A stretch of 64,000 nt of DNA, from positions 262,818,001 through 262,882,000 of the forward strand of contig OZ024742.1 of assembly GCA_964016885.1 (NCBI GenBank), given 5' to 3'. A program made the position numbers and the translations under genes. Of this stretch, positions 1 to 10,766 are shown piece by piece. Numbering within the stretch: the stretch's first letter is position 1; every line of letters begins with the position of its first letter. The notes beneath the pieces were generated by a model. The model saw only the letters and a program-made list of their open reading frames with translations. It ran no database searches and had not been told where the DNA came from. The DNA comes from Eledone cirrhosa (lineage: Eukaryota).

Positions 1-141
1 ACTAGTACTTATTTTATTTACTCTGGAAAAATAAAAGTCTAAATTAGCATTGGTGAAAATTGAAGACAGAATGTAAGAAGACATTACCCTCACAATGTTA
101 CAACCCCTCTAATTTATGCAAGTATGGAAAATAGATGTTAA

Positions 142-212
142 GTGGTGGTGGTGGAATCGGTGGTGATGATAATGATGATGACGATGATGATGACAATGAT
201 GATGATGATTAT
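142..212. repeat. (GGT)n/(GAT)n microsatellite
   Basis: Trinucleotide runs are directly visible and explain the His-rich tail of ORF 109..297. Confidence 0.9.
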
Positions 213-234
213 GATACCAAAACAAATGTCTTAC

Positions 235-303
235 TTCATATATGATACTTTCCTCCAGAAGACTTTGAAAGGCCTTGTCCACAGCATGTTTTTGCATAAA
301 TGA
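235..303 (-). CDS. Putative internal coding exon (SFMQKHAVDKAFQSLLEESIIYE) of an unidentified host gene
   Basis: On the minus strand, a polypyrimidine acceptor ttttcattgtAG is followed by 69 nt (23 codons, open, phase 0-0) and a GTAAGA donor. Confidence 0.6.
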
Positions 304-424
304 CTACAATGAAAACAGAGAAGATGTCAAACAATTTTCTGTTCTAATAAGATATATAATAATATGAAACTTTATAAAACATGAAAACATGAAAAATATA
401 TACAAAAAACAGCAATAATGAGGA

Positions 425-642
425 TTTCTAATCTAGGCACAAGGCCACAAATTTAGAGGACAGGGAAGAAAGTCGATTATATTGGCACCAGTACTTGACT
501 GGTACTTTATTTCATCAAGCCCTGAAAGGATGAAAGGTAAAGGTGACCTTGGTGGGATTTGAACTCAGAATGTAAAGAGCCATAACAAATACTTTAAAGC
601 ATTTGTTCAACGCTCGAACTATTCTGCCAATCTACCACCCTT
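425..642 (-). mobile_element. tRNA-derived SINE
   Basis: A-box-like TGGCAGAATAG, B-box GAGTTCAAATCC and the body ACCTTTCATCC...AAAGTACCAGT are shared with many copies in the window. Confidence 0.8.
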
Positions 643-1149
643 AAACAACAACAACAATAATAATGTGTCCAATTGCCAAATGAATTATACCTGCCTTTAG
701 GCTGGTATAAAATAAAATAATTAAGAGCATCAAGAGTTTCAAAAACAATGTTGAGTGTTGCTTTTAAGTAGACCGAACAACATATTGTGTTAGATTAGAT
801 AAGTAATTGGTTCAATAAGACTTAACATTGAAATAATATCATTACAGTATTTATCTTTGAATTTACAAGCAAAAATGACAACTGTAGAATATTGAAGTAT
901 TTTCAAGTATTTGGTACTTATCACTCTCATGACCACATTCCCAATAAAATATATCGTATTTCAATTAATTAATAAAGAATATGGAGAGATTTACTATAAT
1001 TACTAGTTATTTCATTATTAAAATAGTTTGTCACATAACTTAAGATGTTCTTATACCAAATTATTTTGGAAGATTTTAATTTAAATAGAAAACCTTTAAA
1101 ATGGGTAGTTTTATTTCATAGAACCAAAGACGATTTCATGTGGGTTAGT

Positions 1150-1350
1150 ATCAAAAGGGAAAGTGGAAAAAAAAAACAGGGACAAAAATCTTTGAAGAAG
1201 AACTAACATATAGAGATGATAGTCCATCATATACAACTGTGAAATATTGGATTTGGAATTCAAAGTTAGAAGAAAGTATGTAACTTATGATTAAAAGCCT
1301 GGTTGACTATAGGTGTACAGTAATCCTGTTGAATTTTGTTCACAAAACTA
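1150..1350 (+). mobile_element. Mariner transposase N-terminal relic
   Basis: Degraded translation YRDDSPSYTTVKYW..EFK.RRK resembles the mariner helix-turn-helix region. Confidence 0.5.
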
Positions 1351-1810
1351 TTGCGTTGAGTATAAATTACTACAGTGTACTAGTAGAAAACATCATCATC
1401 ATTTAATATCCATTTTAAATGCTAGCAAGGGTTGTCAAGAGAAAAATGTGAAATTCTAGAAACATGCCACTTGGATGTCTTAAACATTTTTATAGCAAAA
1501 CAACTAAAATTTCCTTTGGTTCTATTATATAAAAGTGTTTATTTTAAAGTGTTTGCTTATATTTATCAAAAAACCTTCCAAAATAATTTTATATAAGAAT
1601 TTATGTTATGTTCCAAACACCAGCTTAATAATAGGAAATGATTATTTTCAAAATTATTTGAAAATTCCAAACAGTGTCCTTCATTAGAAATATGGTGACA
1701 AAAAGGTTAATGTAGAGGATGACAGGTTCACTCTAAGACTTTTGTCACAGACAAATTAAATTACTCCACTTAGCTACAACTAACTGAAAAAATAGATGCT
1801 ATTCTCATCA

Positions 1811-2197
1811 GATTGGCAGTAACAGTAGAGGGTCAGGCACCAAGCTTTCCAGCATAGAGTTACGTCCCTTTATGGTCTGAGTTCAAACCCCGCCGAGGTT
1901 AACTTTGCCTTTCATCCTTACGGGAGTCGATAAAATAAAGTACCAGTAATGCACTGTGATAATTGCTGGCCTTGTGCCAAAAGTAGAAACAATTATTAAA
2001 GCAAGCAGTGGATTGGCAGTATCGGTAGAGGGTCGAACACCAGGCTTTGTAGCATAGAGGAGTTACGCCACTTTACGGTCTGAGTTCAAATCCCGCCAAG
2101 GTTAACTTTGCTTTCATCCTTACAGGGTCGATAAAATAAAGTACCAGTAATGCACTGGGATAATTGCTGGCCTTGTGTCAAAAGTAGAAACAATTAT
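1811..2197 (+). mobile_element. Two tandem tRNA-derived SINE copies
   Basis: Two similar ~190-bp copies with GAGTTCAAA B-boxes. The second is bracketed by the direct repeat attattaaagcaagca. Confidence 0.85.
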
Positions 2198-2276
2198 TAA
2201 AGCAAGCACTTTACAAGTTGTGTAATAGTAAAACATCTAACAAATCATGTAAATATCTGAATTTGCAGCACATAAC

Positions 2277-2405
2277 TTGGTTATCATTTTTTAGATTCTG
2301 TTGAAAGCTCATCACTGCCACCCCAGCCAGATCAAGGACACAATGAGTAGCCAAATGTCGTAATGAAGTAGCACTGGTGACATGATAAAACACATTCAAT
2401 CCACC
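2277..2405 (-). CDS. Putative coding exon (GGLNVFYHVTSATSLRHLATHCVLDLAGVAVMSFQQNLKNDNQ)
   Basis: Acceptor attttacAG at 2407-2406, then an open phase-0 frame. The donor is either CAA|GTTATG (129 nt, phase 0) or the weaker CTT|GTAAAG at about 2215. Confidence 0.45.
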
Positions 2406-2542
2406 CTGTAAAATAGTAATGCTGGTACCACAACAAAAAACACTGCCACTACCCCTCTACTGTATTGGCGAAAGTAGGTGGGGGGAGGGGGGGTGTATGT
2501 ATGTGTATGAATATATGTATATGTGTATGTATAATTATATCA

Positions 2543-2730
2543 ATAATTGTTTCTACTTTAGGCACAAGGCCAGCAATCACCCAGTGCATTACTGGTACTT
2601 TATTTTATCGACCCCGTAAGGATGAAAGGCAAAGTCAACCTCGGCGGGATTTGAACTCAGATCGTAAAGGGACGTAACTATGCTGGAAAGCATGGCGTCC
2701 GACCCTCTACCGATAGTGCCAATCCACCGT
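2543..2730 (-). mobile_element. tRNA-derived SINE, inverted relative to 1811-2197
   Basis: Its reverse complement closely matches the 2008-2197 copy. Confidence 0.85.
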
Positions 2731-3059
2731 ATATCAATAATGATGCTTGATGTGTATAAATATATTTGTATATGTATGGTTATGTTTGTGTGTATGTGTA
2801 TGTACACAACCATTTCTTTGCTATCTCTATCATTTTACCTTATGGTAGTGGACTGAAATGCAATGCGATATGAAATCTTTACTCTCTCTCTCTCTCTCTC
2901 TCCCTCTTAGCTCTTTTCCAAAGGGAGCAAAGCAATTGTCATAATGTTTACTTGCCATTAACATGCAAGTAAATTATTTACCATTATGAAGATTTGATAA
3001 AATATATCTTAAATGTATTTTAACTGTTGAATTTTAATATCTAACCTTTCCAGTGGAGG

Positions 3060-3240
3060 TGTAGATGTAGAGAAACATACATGACAGGCTTTCACAGAGT
3101 TCCCATCTACCACATTTCACTCACAAGGTTGTAGACAACCTAGGGCTATAGCAGAAGACACTTGCCCAGGTGGATCATGCAATGGGAATGAACCTGGAAC
3201 AAACCACATGCTTAAGAAGCAAACTCTTAAACCATACAGT
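3060..3240 (-). mobile_element. Degraded SINE of a second family
   Basis: tRNA-like head on the minus strand (...GGTTTAAGAG...GGTTCATTCCC). A related copy lies at about 46320-46450. Confidence 0.5.
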
Positions 3241-3249
3241 TAATGCTGT

Positions 3250-5880
3250 GAGAACTGGTGCTGGGTTTGCAACATGTCCTGGGAAGCGTGTGATGGACGC
3301 ACGAAGGTTGCATATCCCAAGACCCTAAAGAAGGTACAGAGGGGAGCAAATCTTAACAATTGGCAACTGGAACATTACAACCCTTACATGTAAGGAGCAG
3401 GAACTAGTAGAGGGGGTCAGATGCTACCTGATAGATATAGTCGAGGTTTCTTCAACAAAGTTCCGTGGCTCTGGTACTGTAGATTTGTATGGAAGATGGA
3501 AACTCTACTATTTAAGTGTGATACCAGAAATGACTGCACAGTCAGGAGTGGGGATACTCACAAGTCTCCGGCTGTCAGATTGTGTTATGGATTGGATGCC
3601 AATAGGAGGGAGGATTTGCCTCTTGATGCTTTGGCTGAAAGAAAGGTCCTTGTGGGTGCTACAAGTGTATGCCTCAAACAGATTGTTTGAATACAGATCC
3701 TCCCTTGATGAAGTCACTGCAGTGTTGGATGTAGTTAAGACTGAGTCATATATGTTAATGGGAAACTTCAATGAACATGTTGGCACTGACCACCTGAAAT
3801 GGAAAGGAGTGATTGGAATGAAAATGATTCCAATCTACATATAAATAGAGAGGCATTATTAGACTTTTGTTCTAGCAATGGACAATTATAAACAACTTCT
3901 TCCAGCAGGTGTGAAAAGTCACAGTAGAGACAGTAAAGGAGTCCAAAATTAAGACATGGGAGGACTTTGGGGTTAAGCTGGAATCCTACTTTAGATCAGC
4001 AAATAAAGTGTTCTGGCAGACCATCTTTCGACTTTGTAATAAGAAGTCCCTCTCCTGCTATCAGGAATGTGTCTGCGGTTCTCCTCTCTTCAGAGAGGTG
4101 CATCTTCGTATGGTGGAGAGAGTACTTTTTTGATCTCCTAAACCCGATCACATTTTCTGATGTACAGGAGGTGTATCTGGGAGTGATGACTAACCCCTTG
4201 GAGGCTGAGGGCACCAGAGCAGTTAAAGAGCTCCAATGTAGCAAGGCTTCTTGGAAGAATGAAATTCGGCCCAAGATATCAAAAAATTTAAATAGAGAAG
4301 ATATTCTCTGGCTGACTCATGTGTGCCGAATGGCCTGGATCTTTGGAAAGGCACCTAAGCAATGGCAATCGGGGGTGATAATTCCAATTTTCAAAAAGAG
4401 AGACAAGAATGATTGCTCCAATTATAGAGCGATCTCCTTGTTAAGCCTCTCTGGTAAAGTCTATGCTAACTGTCAGGCAAAGAGATGTAGAGATATTATT
4501 GAGTCTAAGCTAGCTGACATGCAGCACAGCTAACTAAATATTCACACATCAAGAATTCATGGGAGTGTTGCCAAGAGGTGTATGCTTGTTTCATAGTTCT
4601 TGGAAAGGCGTAAAACCAAATTCCATGGGACATGTTGTGGAAGGTTCTGCAGGAGTATGAGATTAATGGACAGCTTCTTGTTACTCTGTAGTCTTGAAAC
4701 AAATGTCCTAGAATTTGTATTCAGATAAATAGTTCTAAATCAAAATCATTCAATATGGGTGTCAGTACTATTTAACTTGTCGTAAGGTGATCTCCAACGT
4801 GTACTTAATAGGTTTGCTGCCAAGTGTTGCACAGCAGGAATGAAAATCAGTGCTGCAAAGACTGTGAGAATCGTCCTCCCAAGGAAGCCAGTGCAGTGCA
4901 CTCTACTTGTGAGTGGAGTTCCACTGAAGCAGGTGAAGTTCAAGTATCTTTGGGTCATTTTGATGAGTGTTGGAAGGCAGGAGGTTGAATTAAGTGCAAA
5001 AATTGCAGGAGCTGTTGCAGTAATGTGCCAGCTTCAGTATTTGGTCATCAGAAGTAGGTGTAAAAATCCAAATTCATTATCTTCAGTTTGGTATTTGTGC
5101 CAACCCCTACCTATGATCATGAATGAATCTTGGGTAATGACTGAAAAAATACAATCTCGAATACAAGCGGCAAAAACAGGGTTCCTCCAAATAACCTTTG
5201 GAGTAATGTTACTTGACAGAGAGCATAGTTTGAAGATTAGGGAGACTTTCCAGGTACAGCCGCTACTTCTCCAAATTGAGAGATCACATCTCCAACACTA
5301 TTGACATGTGAGATCACATCTCCAACACTATTGACATGTGAGATCACATCTCCAACACTATTGACATGTGAGATCACATCTCCAACACTATTGACATGTG
5401 AGATCACATCTCCAACACTATTGACATGTGAGATCACATCTCCAACACTATTGACATGTGAGATCACATCTCCAACACTATTGACATGTGAGATCACATC
5501 TCCAACACTATTGACATGTGAGATCACATCTCCAACACTATTGACATGTGAGATCACATCTCCAACACTATTGACATGTGAGATCACATCTCCAACACTA
5601 TTGACATGTGAGATCACATCTCCAACACTATTGACATGTGAGATCACATCTCCAACACTATTGACATGTGAGATCACATCTCCAACACTATTGACATTGA
5701 CAGCAGAAGACTCAGGGGTAGATCCCAAGCAAGATGGTTGGATAATATCCATGAGCTCAGCTAGTCTCACTTCAAAATCCAGCCAGATCAATTGGAAACA
5801 GTTGCTTCTGACAGGACCCACTGGGGACTCAGTCCCTACGACCCTCCCAGGAGTAATTGGTCAAAGAAGAAGAAAGAACA
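3250..5880 (+). mobile_element. Degraded, internally deleted RTE-clade LINE (APE endonuclease + RT)
   Basis: Motifs TIGNWNITTL, LMGNFNEHVG, WQSGVIIPIFKKRDKNDCSNYRAISLLS and MKISAAKT..FKYL, with many stops and frameshifts. Same family as 28738-29690 and 36260-37520. Confidence 0.9.
5280..5697. repeat. Perfect 30-bp tandem array, about 14 copies (AGATCACATCTCCAACACTATTGACATGTG)
   Basis: 13 identical units plus a 27-nt partial unit, embedded in the RTE ORF. Confidence 0.97.
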
Positions 5881-6544
5881 ACCTTTCCAGTGAAATATAG
5901 TTTGAAAAGCTATTGGCACTTTTGATTCAAAACCACATGGAACTGGCTCTACAATACAAAACAGTTTTAAAGTTTTTAAAGTTATCTTTTTGCCATGAAA
6001 AAAGCTCTCAGTACACTTTGTGAAGTGGTTGACATTAAGAACGGCATCCAGCCATAGAAAACCAAGCTAAAATTATGACTTATGAGCAAAACATGGTCAC
6101 CTGATCTGTCTGACCTCATAACCCATGCAAGAATGGAAAATTGACATTAAACAGTGATGATAATGATGATTTGTGTTGAATACAAAATGACACTCCTTAC
6201 TAGTATCAGTCACTCAACTGTAACCTTGAAGGGTTTAGTCAGTTATAGCAACCCCAGTACTTATTTTTAAGTTTGGTAATTATTTCAACAATCTCTATTT
6301 GTCAAATTGCAAAGTTATGGAACATAAACAAATAGCACCCGATTTTAAGTGGTGTACACATAAACACAAACATGGACACACACACAGACATATATATCAT
6401 CATCATCAACATCACTATTTAAAGTCCATTTTCCACACTAGCATGGATTAGACAGGTTGTCTTATTTGAGGCAAGTCGAGGTCAGATGACCATGTCTTGC
6501 TCATACAGAACCAATTTTGTCTTGGTTTCTATGGTTTGATGTGT

Positions 6545-7639
6545 AAATAAAATGAGAAATTGGACATGAGGAATCAGATCAGTGTACAGGAGAGGAGATT
6601 GCATTGGTATGGACATGTGATGCATATGAAGGATAACAGCTGTATAAAATGATGCAGAGCACTCAAAGTTGATTGAAGCTGTGGAGTAGGAAGACTTTGA
6701 GGTGATAAAAGCTGACCTTGCATAATTGCAACTATCAAAGGTGATGACAAGGACAGGGATCTCTGGCGTTATGCAGTAATACAGAAGACCTGCCTCCCCG
6801 TAAGTACAGGCTGAAGCATACATATAGTATTCACCTCCATACACCTCCCATGAACACAGGCTGAAGCATACATCTGGTATCCACCACCTTCACCTTCATC
6901 CCCCCTTCCATACATCTCCCATGTCCAAACACTCTGCTCCTCACACAAGCTCATATACCCACCTCCTTAATCCCCACACACCTTTCTCACCAAAGTCCCC
7001 ACCCCACACTGTAAAGTGTTTGTGATGGCAACACGACAAAAAGAACCCAGCCTACATTATAAACTGGTCATGTAGATGTAACGCCAAAAAGCACCCAGTA
7101 CACACTGCAAATGTGGTTGGCGTTAGGAGGAAGGACATCCGGCCATAGAAACAGGTCAAAATCGGTTTTGTGTGAGTGAGACCAAAATCACCCCTTCCAT
7201 ACACCTCCAATGTCGTAACACCCCACCCATGCTCCTAGATCTACCTCCCCAATTCCCATGCATCTCTCCTACCCATGTCCTCAGTTCTCACTATAAAGTG
7301 GTCATTTTTTGTGCCACAACAAGGAGTCCCCAGTCCACAGAGTAAAGTCGTCATGTAGGTGTCACAACAAAAAGCACCAAGTCCACACTGTAAAGTGGTT
7401 GTGTTGGTGACATGAAAAAGGTGCCCAGCCCACACAGTAAAGTGGTTGTGTAGGTGTAACGACAAAAAGCACCCAGTACACACTGTAAATGTGGTTGGCA
7501 TTAGGAAGGGCATCCAGCCATAGAAACCAAGCCAAAATCAGTTCTGTATGTGCAAGACACGGTCATCCAACCTGACTTACTTCACAATTGGACCGCTCGT
7601 CTAACCCATGCTAGCATGGACAATGGATGTTAAAAGGTG

Positions 7640-7640
<1 letters not shown>
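6545..7640 (+). mobile_element. RTE 3' end with an expanded 3' UTR containing ~45-bp subrepeats
   Basis: RLHWYGHVMHMKD motif, then repeated cacactgtaaagtgg..gt..aaaagcaccca units and the shared tail ...catgctagcatgga...gttaaa. Confidence 0.75.
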
Positions 7641-7643
<3 letters not shown>

Positions 7644-7711
<68 letters not shown>

Positions 7712-7712
7712 C

Positions 7713-7743
<31 letters not shown>

Positions 7744-7747
7744 CGTA

Positions 7748-7783
<36 letters not shown>
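7644..7783. repeat. (TA)n microsatellite
   Basis: Directly visible. Source of the spurious IYIY ORFs. Confidence 0.97.
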
Positions 7784-7785
<2 letters not shown>

Positions 7786-8371
7786 TCTCTATCTAAGGCA
7801 GGTAAAATTCCCGAGATCCATGGACGAGTTCTCTCCAGCGGTCTCTGTCCCTCATTATCGCTGCCATGTCCTGCGTCTCCAATAGACCAGTGTCTGTCCT
7901 TAGGTCTTCCTCTTCTAGTGTGTCCATGTAGGCGGGAAGCCGCTAGAATTGGTTGAGGGCTTCCTGTATTTGGGAGCAAGGATTGGGAATACGGAAGATG
8001 ATGTGGTTGAGAGGAAGAGCAAGGCCTGGGCGGCGTGCCACAGCTTGAGATCGGTGTGGAAGTCGGACCTTCGTAGAGACCTGAAGATCCGCCTCTTCAT
8101 TGCTGTAGTGGAGTCTGTGCTGCTGTATGGGTCTGAGACTTGGACACTGACCAAGAAACTCACTCAGATGGTGGATGGGTGCTACACGAGAATGCTGAGG
8201 ATGGCTCTGAACATTAATCAGTATACACTGAGGATGAAAAACTCAGAGCTGTATGGGAGCATCCCAAAAGTCAGCTCAAAAGTGACACAGAGGAGACTGA
8301 GGTTAGCTGGACATGCTCACCGACATCCAGAGTTGACATTGCACTCAGTGCTCCTTTGGGAGCCCCTACAT
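7784..8371 (-). mobile_element. 5'-truncated RTE-clade LINE with a 5' inversion, inserted in (TA)n
   Basis: The 3' segment ([10 protein letters not shown]...[18 protein letters not shown]) is on - at 7932-7784. The upstream segment (FLYLG...LLYGSETW...LLWEPLH) is on + at 7931-8371. Confidence 0.85.
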
Positions 8372-8405
8372 ATATATATACATATATATACATATATATA
8401 TATAC

Positions 8406-8457
<52 letters not shown>

Positions 8458-8461
<4 letters not shown>

Positions 8462-9044
8462 GTTTATAATAAACAGCTATTATCTGCGACCTGATTTTGC
8501 GTGTGTGTCATTTTAACGGCTTGGCCGCATGCGTTGGGCAGGAAGCGAAATATTTACTTACTGTAGGGATGGCAACCTTATAGTGTGGAAATAAGCTGTC
8601 TGAAGATTCATTTCTTTCCATTGGAAATTCTCTGGATTTCCAATCTTTTGGAATGATGAAACCGTCGGTAACAGCAATAGAACAGGTGATTATTTAAATC
8701 GTTTTTTAATTTATTTAGAGAATTGTTTGATAACCGCTTGCTCCGCTATTTTTATATTGTTCTGGTAACTCAAATTAGTACCATTGAACCACAAATATTA
8801 TAAACACCTTGCATATTTCTACAAGTACATAGTACCTGTTGAAGTATTCATCCACTTTTATAATTTTTCTCCTTATGTAGAAAACAAAACGTTGAATAAT
8901 GCTGCTAATTTTAGTGGCAATATCAACATGTTTATAATAAACAGCTATTATCTGCGACCTGATTTTGCGTGTGTGTCATTTTAACGGCTTGACCGCATGC
9001 GTTGGGCAGGAAGCGAAATATTTACTTACTGTAGGGCTAGCAAC
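8458..9044 (+). repeat. 468-bp tandem repeat, left part (hammerhead-containing)
   Basis: tgtttataataaacagc recurs at 8461 and 8929 (period 468). The repeat resumes after the LTR element. Confidence 0.95.
8595..8675 (+). ncRNA. Type I hammerhead ribozyme, copy 1
   Basis: Stem I GCTGT/ACAGC, core CTGAAGA, long stem II (TCATTTC/GGAATGA plus ATTGGAAAT/ATTTCCAAT), GAAA, near-palindromic stem III ACCGTCGGT and a GUA cleavage triplet (cut after 8670). Confidence 0.8.
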
Positions 9045-9502
9045 TGTAGCAAGAGTTGCCTCCCTTGTCATGACAATCTCATCACCGCTCTCTAGACAGG
9101 AAGTAGCTGGAGTTGCTTCCCTTTGGGATTGACAGACTCCCTGTTGGTCACTTCCGGTCACCACCTATAAAAGGAACAGGTCACCACGATATCTCTCTCT
9201 CGCCTCCTGATTTCCGAAGTGGTAACACCTGCGACCTTAGCATGAGATGATTCCTTTTTGATAATCCTTCGCCACCAAGAAGAATGCAACATGCAGCCTG
9301 AGAGCCTAAGATGTTAACACCAGCTAGAAAAGATCTCTTCTTTTCTCTACACACTTCAGTCTGGAGTTGTGACCATCGAGTAACGACTCCTTTATATTTA
9401 ATACCTTTGACTTCTATGAAGTGAAAACATTATCACAACACGCACTGGTATTTACTGTCTTTTGTAATAATTTTATATGTACACCGATACTAATCTCCTA
9501 AA
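9045..9502 (+). repeat. 5' LTR
   Basis: Direct repeat of 14498-14955 with about 7 substitutions by eye. Contains a TATAAAA box. Termini are TG...AA. Confidence 0.95.
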
Positions 9503-9503
9503 G

Positions 9504-9527
9504 TGGTGACCCCTGACGTGATTTGAA
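9504..9527 (+). promoter_or_regulatory. Primer-binding site, tRNA-Trp
   Basis: TGGTGACCCC(T)GACGTGATTTGAA is complementary to the metazoan tRNA-Trp 3' end (...TCACGTCGGGGTCACCA), with one extra T. Confidence 0.85.
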
Positions 9528-9983
9528 AAAAAAAAAAAAAAAAAATGGGAAATGGTATATGGTGTATATAGGAAGAAAAAAAAGAAGACAAAGAAAAAAA
9601 AAATAACAATTTAATACAAAACGAACACCTACAATTATTGACACACAGACAAACAGCAATTGTATAAATGTTTTTGCCTTTTTTTTTTCTCTCCTTTTCT
9701 GCCCTTCTCTGGTTAAAAATTTTTGAGGATGACAAGATGGAGTCTATCTTCTCTATCAATAGTGTTTTTGGCGCGAAATAGTCCGCCATGTTGGATTTTT
9801 TTTTAAGTCCCTTGCCTTTACCTTAGCAATAACAGCATTCACTTAATCGCTTCTTTGCATATTGTCCCGGATGCATTATTTTTCCGGTCCAGTGATTTGA
9901 CAGGGAAAAATAAGCGATTTTGTTTTCCTTTACTGTTGCGTTAGAGACATTTTTCCAAACGGTAGATTGCCTACGGTATACCA

Positions 9984-10766
9984 ATGGCTTCCCACTCTGT
10001 TCTGCCAACGTACACGGGCAACGTGAGGCTATGGTTCGCCCAGCTAGAAGCATTCTTCAGGGCGAACAGAGTTGACGAGGAACTACAACGTTCTGTGGTC
10101 CTTAGCGCAATTCCGCCGGCAATTCTCCCAGCGGTTAAGGACCTGGTGTTAGAGACACCCACAGACTCGTCGTACACGTCTCTGAAGGCTGAAATACTCA
10201 GCCGGACAGAAAAAAGATTTAGGGCTCTGGTCCATCTGGAGCATATAGGAGATGGCACCCCATCGAACCTCCTAAGGCGAATGAAGGACCTAACGGAGGG
10301 GTCGGTAGCGGAAACTGTCCTGCTGAAGCAGTTGTTCTTCTCGCGCCTGCCGACCAACGTACAGGCAATTTTGGCCCCCATGATTGATACAAGCACGGTG
10401 GATCAGCTTGCCGCATCTGCGGACAAAGTTTTCGAGGTCACGAATGCCGGAGGCAGCGACCCCCTTGCCGCTGTTCACCACCCAGCTCGGGCCACACACG
10501 GCCATGCGATCTACGCGGCAGCGCCAATAAACAGCTCGACCATTATAGCGATGCAAAGGTCTATTCAGGAGCTCACCATAGAGCTCCACAAGATGAAGGC
10601 CTTGTGTGGTGGCTGATCGCGCCCCCGCAGTCGCGGGAGATCGCAAAGTTTTAAACGCCGTTCTAAATCACCAGCTTCATCTTTATGCTGGTACCACGAG
10701 CGATTTGCTGAGAACGCGAGTCACTGCGTGCAACCTTGCTCCTTTCCTAAGGCGGGAAACGCCTAA
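9984..10766 (+). pseudogene. gag: Gypsy gag with a premature TGA at 10614-10616
   Basis: N-terminal WFAQLEAFF motif. The same frame continues past the stop into the Zn-knuckle-like CWYHERF...CVQPC and ends at TAA 10764-10766. Slippery site GGGAAAC at 10754-10760. Confidence 0.9.

Noticed and set aside
915-995. Additional exon of the host gene
   Set aside because: All three frames after the nearest AG contain stops, and the donor is non-canonical.
5237-5900. CRISPR-like array or repeat-protein ORFs (194 and 199 aa)
   Set aside because: The units are contiguous with no spacers, the context is eukaryotic, and the ORFs arise only because a 30-bp unit lacks stops in two frames.
8784-8984. 66-aa ORF repeated at 15167-15367
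   Set aside because: It starts at TTG, has no recognisable motif, and is duplicated only because it lies in the 468-bp repeat.
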